Source: a bacterium
GTDB lineage: Bacteria > CALINM01
DNA length: 17,528 bases
NCBI GenBank assembly: GCA_041640455.1
Contig: JBEQAF010000042.1
Location: forward strand, 1 to 17,528
Direction of reading: 5' to 3'
The notes beneath the pieces are model-generated. The model was not told where the DNA came from and made no database searches. It saw only the letters and a list, made by a program, of their open reading frames with translations. The position numbers were made by a program, and so were the translations under genes. Each line of letters starts with the position of its first letter. The first letter of the stretch is position 1. This document shows, piece after piece, positions 1 through 7,245 of the stretch.

Positions 1-1
1 T

Positions 2-556
2 AACTTTGCCCTTGTAAACCTCAGATCTGGCGCAGGGCTTGATATTCAGCTATCCGCTATGGAAAACAAGGGTGTGGGGAAGATCCTGTCAAGACCAAAA
101 ATAACCACTCTAAATAATATTGAGGCAAATATTCAGCAGGGTTCATCTATCCCCTATGAGACTCTTTCAGATAAAGGTACTCAGACTCAGTTTATTGACG
201 CAACCTTACAGCTAACAGTTACGCCAAGAATAACACCTGACAACTCTATTATTTTAAAGGTAAAGGTAAGCAATAACAATCCCAATACTGCAATCAGAAG
301 CGCAGGCGGAGTTCCGAGTATAGATAAAAATGAGGCAACTACAGAGATACTTGTAAGAGATGGACAGACAATAGTTATTGGCGGTATAATCAGAAATAAA
401 GAGACTGTTAGCAAAGGTGGAGTTCCCTTTCTTATGGATATACCTGTAATTGGTTGGCTATTCAAAAAGGAGGCTAAATCTGTTGAAAACAGAGAGCTAC
501 TGATATTTCTTACACCAAGCATAATAAGGCAGATTAAAGAGGTGGAAGCGTCATGA
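2..556 (+). CDS. pilQ: Type IV pilus secretin PilQ, C-terminal part (5'-truncated by window edge)
   Basis: The frame is open from nt 2 (NFALVNLRSGAGLDIQLSAMENKG...). Secretin motifs: LSRPKITTLNN, IQQGSSIPY, LTVTPRIT, GQTIVIGGI, VPFLMDIPVIGWLFK, ELLIFLTPSII. Position upstream of aro genes is the known pilQ context. Confidence 0.9.
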   Translation, partial: NFALVNLRSGAGLDIQLSAMENKGVGKILSRPKITTLNNIEANIQQGSSIPYETLSDKGTQTQFIDATLQLTVTPRITPDNSIILKVKVSNNNPNTAIRSAGGVPSIDKNEATTEILVRDGQTIVIGGIIRNKETVSKGGVPFLMDIPVIGWLFKKEAKSVENRELLIFLTPSIIRQIKEVEAS

Positions 557-1755
557 GATTTCTTACGGCCGGTGAGTCACACGGACCGAAGCTCACCGCA
601 ATAATAGATGGCTATCCCGGAGGGGTCAAAATTGACCCCTCTTTTATTAATAATGAGCTGAAAAGGCGTATGATCGGATATGGTAGAGGAGGCAGAATGA
701 AAATTGAGTCCGACAAGGTCATAATCAGCTCTGGTGTCAGATTCTCTGAAACAACAGGTGCACCTATAACAATGGAGATAATAAACAATGATTATCAAAA
801 CTGGGAAGCACTGATGTCTCCTTTTGCCGAATTTACAGAAGATAGAATGGTTCTTAAACCAAGACCTGGTCACACGGATCTGGCTGGAATATTAAAATAC
901 AATAGAGAGGATATAAGGGATATTCTTGAAAGGGCAAGCGCAAGGGAAACAGCTGCAAGGGTCGCTGTAGGAGCCCTCTGTAAAATATTTCTCAGATATT
1001 TTGGCATAAATATTTACAGCTTTGTATGGCAGATAGGCGGGTATGGCATGGATCCTCAAAAGGAGCTTGAGGGGCTACTGAGTAAAAAGGTAAAAGCTGA
1101 GGATCTTTTTTTAACAGCCGAAAAAAACGATCTAAGAATGCCAGCTGATGAAAAAACTATTAATAATGTTAAAAAACAGATTGATAAATTTTCAGAAAGT
1201 GGGGACACGCTGGGCGGCATATTTACCGTTGTAGCTACCAACCTTATCCCTGGACTTGGATCTCATATACAGTATGACAGGAAGCTGGATGGAAAACTTA
1301 GTGCGCTTTTGATGAGCATACAGGCAGTAAAGGCTGTATCTCTCGGAGGGGGCTTTTTATTTTCTAAAAAATCTGGCTCAAAATTTCAGGATGAGCTATT
1401 CTTTGAAAAGAAAAAAGGCTCCTTCAGAAGATCAAACCACGCAGGGGGGGTAGAAGGCGGCATTAGTAATGGAGAAGATATTGTTTTTACCTGTTTTATG
1501 AAACCAATCCCTACACTAAGATCACCGCTTTGCTCCTTTAATTTAAAAACTTTAAAAAAAGAATCTGCAGCATTTGAAAGGTCTGATGTAACAGCTGTTC
1601 CTGCCTGTGCTGTTGTGGCTGAGGCTATGCTCGCCTTTGGTATTATGAATGAGTTTTTATTAAAGTTTGGCTCAGACAACATGAAGGAGATAGAAAATAA
1701 TTTTAACTCCTATCTTAAATCTATAAGCCATATATGGAAAAGATCTATCTTTTAG
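553..1755 (+). CDS. aroC: Chorismate synthase
   Basis: MRFLTAGESHG, RPGH(T)D, ERASARETAARVA, GGVEGGISNG, MKPIPTL and ERSDVTAVP motifs. ATGA overlap with the pilQ stop. Confidence 0.98.
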   Translation: MRFLTAGESHGPKLTAIIDGYPGGVKIDPSFINNELKRRMIGYGRGGRMKIESDKVIISSGVRFSETTGAPITMEIINNDYQNWEALMSPFAEFTEDRMVLKPRPGHTDLAGILKYNREDIRDILERASARETAARVAVGALCKIFLRYFGINIYSFVWQIGGYGMDPQKELEGLLSKKVKAEDLFLTAEKNDLRMPADEKTINNVKKQIDKFSESGDTLGGIFTVVATNLIPGLGSHIQYDRKLDGKLSALLMSIQAVKAVSLGGGFLFSKKSGSKFQDELFFEKKKGSFRRSNHAGGVEGGISNGEDIVFTCFMKPIPTLRSPLCSFNLKTLKKESAAFERSDVTAVPACAVVAEAMLAFGIMNEFLLKFGSDNMKEIENNFNSYLKSISHIWKRSIF

Positions 1756-2255
1756 GCTTTATGGGCGCAGGAAAATCTTCAGTTGGCAGGTCTCTCTCAA
1801 AGCTTCTGTCTTATAAACATATTGACATGGATGAACTGATTGAGCAGAGAGAGGGGAGGACTATAAAAGATATTTTTGAACAGTCAGGCGAAGAGTATTT
1901 TAGAGAAAAAGAAAGAGAGCTATTAAAGGAGCTTTCTTTACTAAAAAAGGTTATAATCAGCACTGGTGGTGGTGTACCCTGTTTTTTTGACAACTTAGAG
2001 CTGATGAAAAAAACAGGTTTTGTAGTTTATCTTAAAAACGAACCTTCAACCATACTAAAAAGACTTAATGCTTCAGAGATTTCAAGAAGACCTCTTCTCA
2101 AAGATAAAAAATATAACCAGATTGAGGAGATTTTAAAAAAAAGAGCGCCCTTTTATGAAAAGGCTGATCTGATATTAAAATCCGATGATAAAAAGATTGA
2201 TGATATCTCCAGAGAGATTATAAAAGAGTATGTAAAATGGAAGAAAAGATCATAA
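1734..2255 (+). CDS. aroK: Shikimate kinase
   Basis: Walker A GFMGAGKS, D-x-D (IDMD), GEEYFREKE, STGGG, RPLL, R-x-x-x-Y. 173 aa. Confidence 0.97.
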   Translation: MEKIYLLGFMGAGKSSVGRSLSKLLSYKHIDMDELIEQREGRTIKDIFEQSGEEYFREKERELLKELSLLKKVIISTGGGVPCFFDNLELMKKTGFVVYLKNEPSTILKRLNASEISRRPLLKDKKYNQIEEILKKRAPFYEKADLILKSDDKKIDDISREIIKEYVKWKKRS

Positions 2256-3313
2256 AGATAAGATCGGAAGAGAAGATTATAAAGCTGATATCAGGTAGAG
2301 AAATCTTATATAGATTAAAAGAGTTTCTGCCCATAAACAATGGTATTTTCGTATTATCAAATGATTATGTATGGGAGCTCTGGGGAAAAAAGTTAGAAGA
2401 AGCTTTAGACAAAGCCTTTACCCCCCTGATTATAAAAGATGGGGAGAGATATAAAAACATTAAAACCATTCAAAATATTTATAATTTTTTGGCGGAAAAA
2501 GGCGCCACTCGAGGTTCGTTGCTTATAGCCTTTGGAGGTGGGGTAGTTGGAGATCTGGGTGGGTTTGTTGCTTCTACTTATCATAGAGGTATGAAGCTTA
2601 TACATATCCCCACCACATTGCTTTCTATGGTTGATAGCTCCATTGGTGGAAAAACAGGCTTTAATCTAAGATTTGGGAAAAACCTTGTGGGAAGCTTTTA
2701 CCAGCCAGAACTAATTTTAACTGACATAAGCTTATTAACTACTCTTGATGATAAAGAGTATCTATCAGGTATGGCTGAGGTAATTAAAGCAGGACTTATT
2801 GCAGATAAAAGTTTATTTAACCTAATAGCCGAAAGATCAGAGGGGATAATCGAAAAAGAGCCCCATCTGCTTACAAATCTGGTTTCTACTGCTCAGGAGA
2901 TAAAGATAAAGGTGGTCTGCAAAGACGAAAAGGAGTCCGGGCTTAGAGCCATTCTTAACTTTGGACATACTCTCGGTCACGCATTAGAAAAACTTGCAAA
3001 CTGGAAAATAAAACATGGCTTTGCTGTTGCAAAGGGGCTTGCCTTTGAGAGCTATCTGAGCTTTCTTAAAGGTTATCTAAACCTCACAAAGACTGAAAGA
3101 ATTATCAAAACTTTGAAATGTTTGGGATATGATCTGAAGATAAATCCATCTGAAGAGCTTACGGAAACTTTTTATTACGATAAAAAAAGAAGGCATAAAG
3201 AAGTAGAATGGGTACTACTTAAAGATATTGGTAAAGCCGTTTATGGCGAGACTGTGGATAAGGGGATTTTAAAAGAAGCAATTAGCAGTTATAACGGATT
3301 TTTAAAGGGCTAA
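2237..3313 (+). CDS. aroB: 3-dehydroquinate synthase
   Basis: GGGVVGDLGGFVASTYHRG, PTTLLSMVDSSIGGKTG, KNLVGSFYQP, GMAEVIK and LNFGHTLGHALE motifs. Confidence 0.97.
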   Translation: MEEKIIKIRSEEKIIKLISGREILYRLKEFLPINNGIFVLSNDYVWELWGKKLEEALDKAFTPLIIKDGERYKNIKTIQNIYNFLAEKGATRGSLLIAFGGGVVGDLGGFVASTYHRGMKLIHIPTTLLSMVDSSIGGKTGFNLRFGKNLVGSFYQPELILTDISLLTTLDDKEYLSGMAEVIKAGLIADKSLFNLIAERSEGIIEKEPHLLTNLVSTAQEIKIKVVCKDEKESGLRAILNFGHTLGHALEKLANWKIKHGFAVAKGLAFESYLSFLKGYLNLTKTERIIKTLKCLGYDLKINPSEELTETFYYDKKRRHKEVEWVLLKDIGKAVYGETVDKGILKEAISSYNGFLKG

Positions 3314-5314
3314 CTCTGTGCCCAAAGGAAGTTTTATAGTAAAAACTGTTCCGCTGTTTAATGTGCTGTCAACCTGAATATTTCCGTGATGAAGATTTAT
3401 TATCTCTCTTACCAGGTATAACCCAAGCCCTGTCCCTCTGGTGGTTTTACTGGGACCTGCATCTACCATGTAAAACTTTTCAAATACGCTGTCAATCTGA
3501 TCGGGAGGAATACCTCTACCGTAGTCTCTGATCTTCACATATCCGAGATTTGCATTTGCTGAGGTAATTATCTCAATCTTACTGTCTTTTTTTGAATATT
3601 TTATGGCATTGGATAGGAGATGATAAAAAGACTGTAAAAGTAGATCCTTATCGCCATCAACAATTAGCTCCTCGTTGGAGAAAAAGGTACGAAAAATGAT
3701 ATTTTTTGATGATGCTTCAGCTTTTAAAAGTTCCATAGACTCGTTAATTAACTCATGCAGAGATACCTGAGCATGTTTGATTTTTAAAATGGTAGGTATC
3801 TTTTCAAATTTGCTTATGGTCAGAAGATTATCTATTAACCTTGCAAGGTTATTAACCTCATTTAACATGTTATTAAGTATTGCCTTTTTACTCTGCTCAT
3901 CTTTGATCATATCGCTTACTAATATTTCGTTAAACCCCTTTACAATGGTAAGCGGTGTTCTTAGCTCGTGAGATATATTTGCCATATAGTTCTGACGCCA
4001 GAGATTAAGCTCTTTCAGCCTCCTGTATCTGAGAGCATTTTCAAGGGCTATGCTGGAAAAGTTAATAAGCGATTGAAACAAGGGCATGGAGAAGTTATTA
4101 AACTCCTTATCTCTATTAAGAAATAGCAAGATTCCCAGACACTGATGTTGAAACTTAATAGACTGAACCAGCGCATAGCTCGGATTATATCCAAGCTTTT
4201 CAATAACCGGCTTAAGTTTTTCCTTTATCTTCTGACTATCGCTGAAAAAATAGGGTTTATTGGGCGAATCGATGCATCTATCATATAGAAAATCCAGATT
4301 AAAAACATTGTTCGGTGCCAGCTTGTTATTAAGCCCATAAACATCCTTCACTATAATATCCTCGTTGTCCTTAAATAGCATAAAGATTATAGTGTCGGCA
4401 TTAATAAAGGCATTAAAGCTGGAAACCATATTTTTAACAACATCTTCTAATTCAAGCTCTGAGATTAGAGTTTTTGCGAAATTGTTTATAATGTTCTGTT
4501 CGTTAATCCTGTTAGTAAGATCTGTAATATCTTCGAGCACAATCAGAATGCCGTTTTCTATGGTTTTGCTCTTAAGAGCATTTACATTTATGCAAAAGGT
4601 TTTTTCTCTTATTGAAAGGCAAAACTGATCTGAAAAGGTTCTTTCTGAGATAACAAAACTGCTTTCGGGAAAAAGCTTTTCCACCTCAATATTAAACTGA
4701 TTTTTCAGTATGTCAAAGAAAGATTTGCCTATAACATCTTTCTCATCAAGGTTCAAAAACTTAAGAGCTGCCTTGTTGGCAAAGAATATTTTGTAGTTAC
4801 TGTCACATTCAATAATGCCTTCGGTCATGGTGGAGAGTATCTGGTTAAGGTGGGTTTCTATCTCCATTAGCTCTTTTGTCATCTCACGGGGGTATATCTT
4901 TTCAATTCCCACCACCTTCTCTTTCAGATCATCCACATTCTGATTATCTTCATAGGATTGTATAACTGAGAATACATCTGCCATAAAGTTCGGGATCGGG
5001 CTTTTGGCTACGTATGCATCGGCATTAATCTCCTTAACTCTCGAAGAGGCTTCGATGGCAACTCCTGTAAGGATTATAACAGGCGTCTCTTTAAGATTGG
5101 GGTGCTCTTTAAGATAGCTGCAGAGCCTTGCCCCATCAATTTTAGGCATTATATGGTCAACAAGAATGTAATCAAAGCTCTGTTTTTTAACGATTTCGAG
5201 CGCCTGGAGCGGGTCGTCAAGAGATGTTACGTTATAACCCTTTTCTTCGAGAAACTTCTTGATGGTTTCCAGAAAGAAATGGTTGTTATCTACTACAAGC
5301 ACCCGCTTTTTCAT
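3302..5314 (-). CDS. Hybrid sensor histidine kinase, cytoplasmic (REC-PAS-GAF-like-HisKA-HATPase_c)
   Basis: N-terminal receiver (VLVVD, LVDHIMPKIDG, ILTG, YVAK), PAS (EGIIECD...FANKAA...EDITD), GAF-like segment ending SIALENA, H-box ISHELRTPL, N-box LLSNAIKYS, G1 DYGRGI, F FEKFY, G2 GTGLGL. No obvious TM segment. Confidence 0.93.
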   Translation of the reverse strand: MKKRVLVVDNNHFFLETIKKFLEEKGYNVTSLDDPLQALEIVKKQSFDYILVDHIMPKIDGARLCSYLKEHPNLKETPVIILTGVAIEASSRVKEINADAYVAKSPIPNFMADVFSVIQSYEDNQNVDDLKEKVVGIEKIYPREMTKELMEIETHLNQILSTMTEGIIECDSNYKIFFANKAALKFLNLDEKDVIGKSFFDILKNQFNIEVEKLFPESSFVISERTFSDQFCLSIREKTFCINVNALKSKTIENGILIVLEDITDLTNRINEQNIINNFAKTLISELELEDVVKNMVSSFNAFINADTIIFMLFKDNEDIIVKDVYGLNNKLAPNNVFNLDFLYDRCIDSPNKPYFFSDSQKIKEKLKPVIEKLGYNPSYALVQSIKFQHQCLGILLFLNRDKEFNNFSMPLFQSLINFSSIALENALRYRRLKELNLWRQNYMANISHELRTPLTIVKGFNEILVSDMIKDEQSKKAILNNMLNEVNNLARLIDNLLTISKFEKIPTILKIKHAQVSLHELINESMELLKAEASSKNIIFRTFFSNEELIVDGDKDLLLQSFYHLLSNAIKYSKKDSKIEIITSANANLGYVKIRDYGRGIPPDQIDSVFEKFYMVDAGPSKTTRGTGLGLYLVREIINLHHGNIQVDSTLNSGTVFTIKLPLGTELAL

Positions 5315-5320
5315 TCAATA

Positions 5321-5391
5321 AATATTTTACTTATTTTGTAAAACTTTACAAATAGAATTTTTATTAATTGCAGAATATTGTAAAATATTCT
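5321..5391. promoter_or_regulatory. Divergent promoter region with symmetric TAAAAT -10 boxes and two palindromes
   Basis: TAAAAT at 5381-5386 (+) and 5329-5324 (-). AATATTTTAC (5321-5330) is the reverse complement of GTAAAATATT (5380-5389). Palindromes TTTGTAAA-AC-TTTACAAA (5335-5352) and AGAATATT-GTAA-AATATTCT (5372-5391). Confidence 0.55.
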
Positions 5392-5392
5392 T

Positions 5393-6682
5393 ATGAAAAA
5401 AACGCTTATTATCTGCGACTTTGATGGCACAGTTAATAGCATAGACATAGGTAGTAACATACTAAGGGAGCTTCTTCCTCAAAAGTACGATCAGATAGAT
5501 CGGATCTATCAACAGAAAAAGATTACCAATTTTGAAATATATAAACAGATTCTTGGACCTGCTATTTCACTGGATGGGGCAAATTTGAGCACACTGATAA
5601 AAAAGTATATACGTCAGACTTCGGGATTTTCTGAGTTTGCAAAATGGGTTAATGACAAAAGCCATGATATTACCATAGTTAGCGATGGATTTGATCTTTA
5701 CATTAATGAGTTTCTTAAGAGGCATGACCTTAATATCTCCTTCTATTCTAACAGGCTTTTTAGAAAAGATGGTGTGTACCAGATGGAATTTCCCTATCAT
5801 AATGAATCCTGTTTTAAATGCGGTAGCTGTAAAAGCGAGATAATTAAGGGCTTTAGAAAGAATTACAAAGAGCTCATATATGTGGGAGATGGCCTTTCAG
5901 ATCTATGCTCTTCCCGCCATGTGGATGTATTTTTTGCCAGAAGAAGAATATTTAATGAAATAGAGACAAAAAGCAGGTTTTATTTCAGAGATTTCAATGA
6001 TTTAAAAAAAATAATGAGTAAAAGAGGAGGTTACAGGGCTGTATTTTTTGACCTTGATGGGACACTGGTAGATGGTTTTGACATAATCTACGAAAGCTTT
6101 AACTATGCGCTTAACACTCTCGGATTAAAAGAGCTGCCTGTAAAAAAAATAAAAAAGGTTATAGGACCTGCGCTTTCGGAAGGGTTTAGAAAAATTGTGC
6201 CCCAAGAGCTCGTTGAAGAGGGGGTAAGGCTCTACCGTGCCTACTATAAGGAAAGATATCTTCAAAGAACAGTTTTATTTAAAGAAGTTAAGGATATACT
6301 GGGGTTGTTAAGGGATAACGGCATAATGGTTGGGCTTATCACCAACAAGAAGGTAAGCTTCGCAAAGGAGCTACTGGATTATCTTGATGTCTCAAAGTAT
6401 TTTAATTTTATTACTGGTGCAGAAGAGGGTTATCTGCCCAAGCCTGACAGTGAGATTATGGAAAAAATAAAAAAGGATTGGAGATTGGAAAGCCATGAGA
6501 TAATCTATGTGGGAGATTCCATAACAGATGGGTTATTTTCAAGGAACAGTGGCTGTGATTTTATAGCGCTCGGAGTTGGGCTTGGAAGTGAGAGGGAGCT
6601 TTATCGTTATAGCCCGCTAACCTTTTGCAAAGATCTTAAGGAACTTAACCACGCCCTGATATTTTTGTTAAAAATTGATTAA
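5393..6682 (+). CDS. Tandem double HAD-superfamily phosphatase: N-terminal MtnX-like (HAD-IB) domain plus C-terminal Gph/PGP-like (HAD-IA) domain
   Basis: Two complete HAD motif sets. Domain 1: CDFDGT / VSDG / CFKCGSCK / YVGDGLSD. Domain 2: FDLDGTL / ITNK / KP / YVGDSITD. Confidence 0.88.
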   Translation: MKKTLIICDFDGTVNSIDIGSNILRELLPQKYDQIDRIYQQKKITNFEIYKQILGPAISLDGANLSTLIKKYIRQTSGFSEFAKWVNDKSHDITIVSDGFDLYINEFLKRHDLNISFYSNRLFRKDGVYQMEFPYHNESCFKCGSCKSEIIKGFRKNYKELIYVGDGLSDLCSSRHVDVFFARRRIFNEIETKSRFYFRDFNDLKKIMSKRGGYRAVFFDLDGTLVDGFDIIYESFNYALNTLGLKELPVKKIKKVIGPALSEGFRKIVPQELVEEGVRLYRAYYKERYLQRTVLFKEVKDILGLLRDNGIMVGLITNKKVSFAKELLDYLDVSKYFNFITGAEEGYLPKPDSEIMEKIKKDWRLESHEIIYVGDSITDGLFSRNSGCDFIALGVGLGSERELYRYSPLTFCKDLKELNHALIFLLKID

Positions 6683-6718
6683 TTTTTAATTTTTTAGAAG
6701 AAAAATTATCCAAAATCC

Positions 6719-6768
6719 TTGACAAACCTTGTAATATATGATTTATTTAAAATAAAAAAGAAGGAGGT
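6719..6768 (+). promoter_or_regulatory. Putative sigma70 promoter and strong Shine-Dalgarno of the pilin gene
   Basis: Perfect TTGACA at 6719-6724, 17-nt spacer ending in TGn, imperfect -10 TTTATT at 6742-6747. AAGGAGGT at 6761-6768 before ATG 6772. Confidence 0.55.
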
Positions 6769-6771
6769 TAT

Positions 6772-7164
6772 ATGAAAGGGAAAAAAGGTTTTACATTAAT
6801 TGAGCTGGTGATTGTGCTGATTCTTATCGGTATAGTTGCCGCCATTGCGGTGCCCAAGTTTATTGACCTGCAGACTGAAGCAAAAAAGAATGCAGTAAAG
6901 GGAGCTTTGGCAAGCGTGAGAAGTGCTATAAATATCTATTATGCAAAAAATGCATTTAGTGGAAATCCAAAGTATCCATCCGTAGCAAGACTAAGAACTC
7001 TCATGAATGGCCCATTTCCGAAGAACCCGTTCAACAACCTATCATCAATTAACACTACTTTAACTCCAGGTGAAGTAAATAGTAGTTACGGATGGGGTTA
7101 CAAAGCAGAAACAGGTCAGTTCTGGTCAGCTGTAGGTGGTGGTGTTGGTGCACAAACATTTTAA
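6772..7164 (+). CDS. Type IV pilin / pseudopilin (prepilin N-terminal cleavage/methylation domain; PilA/MshA-like), probably a major subunit
   Basis: Short basic leader MKGKKG|FTLIE with E5, hydrophobic helix, AIAVPKF (P22). 124-aa mature protein with no Cys. Own promoter and strong SD. Confidence 0.93.
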   Translation: MKGKKGFTLIELVIVLILIGIVAAIAVPKFIDLQTEAKKNAVKGALASVRSAINIYYAKNAFSGNPKYPSVARLRTLMNGPFPKNPFNNLSSINTTLTPGEVNSSYGWGYKAETGQFWSAVGGGVGAQTF

Positions 7165-7228
7165 CGAGAAAAAAAACACCTTTTATTGAAACAAAGGCGC
7201 TACTTTTGCTTTTAAAAGTCTTACTATA

Positions 7229-7237
7229 TGATAAAAT
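7229..7237 (+). promoter_or_regulatory. Extended -10 element (TGnTAAAAT), 8 nt before an SD-less ATG
   Basis: TGATAAAAT at 7229-7237; ATG at 7246. Confidence 0.5.
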
Positions 7238-7245
7238 AGGCTGAA

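Noticed and set aside
187..2605. Short minus-strand ORFs (187-522, 577-873, 1056-1241, 1386-1682, 1811-1993, 2405-2605)
   Set aside because: Antisense shadows of well-supported pilQ/aro genes, with no recognisable motifs.
5336..5351. Palindrome resembling a Rex operator (TTGTGAA-N4-TTCACAA)
   Set aside because: The spacer is 2 nt rather than 4 and the half-sites differ, so it is left unassigned.
3777..5800. Short ORFs 3777-3971, 4365-4628, 5102-5341 (+) and 5567-5800 (-)
   Set aside because: They lie opposite the kinase or HAD gene and show no independent coding signals.
6023..6031. Internal SD-like AGAGGAGGT at the HAD domain junction
   Set aside because: It lies downstream of the internal ATG 6014 and has no in-frame start codon at a usable distance. 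It simply encodes RGG.
6683..6771. Sigma54 (-24/-12) promoter as known for Pseudomonas/Geobacter pilA
   Set aside because: No TGGCAC-N5-TTGC-like sequence is present; only sigma70-like elements are seen.
7165..7220. Possible intrinsic terminator after the pilin gene (CACCTTT...AAAGGCG)
   Set aside because: The stem is weak and mismatched with a long loop and no immediate U-tract.
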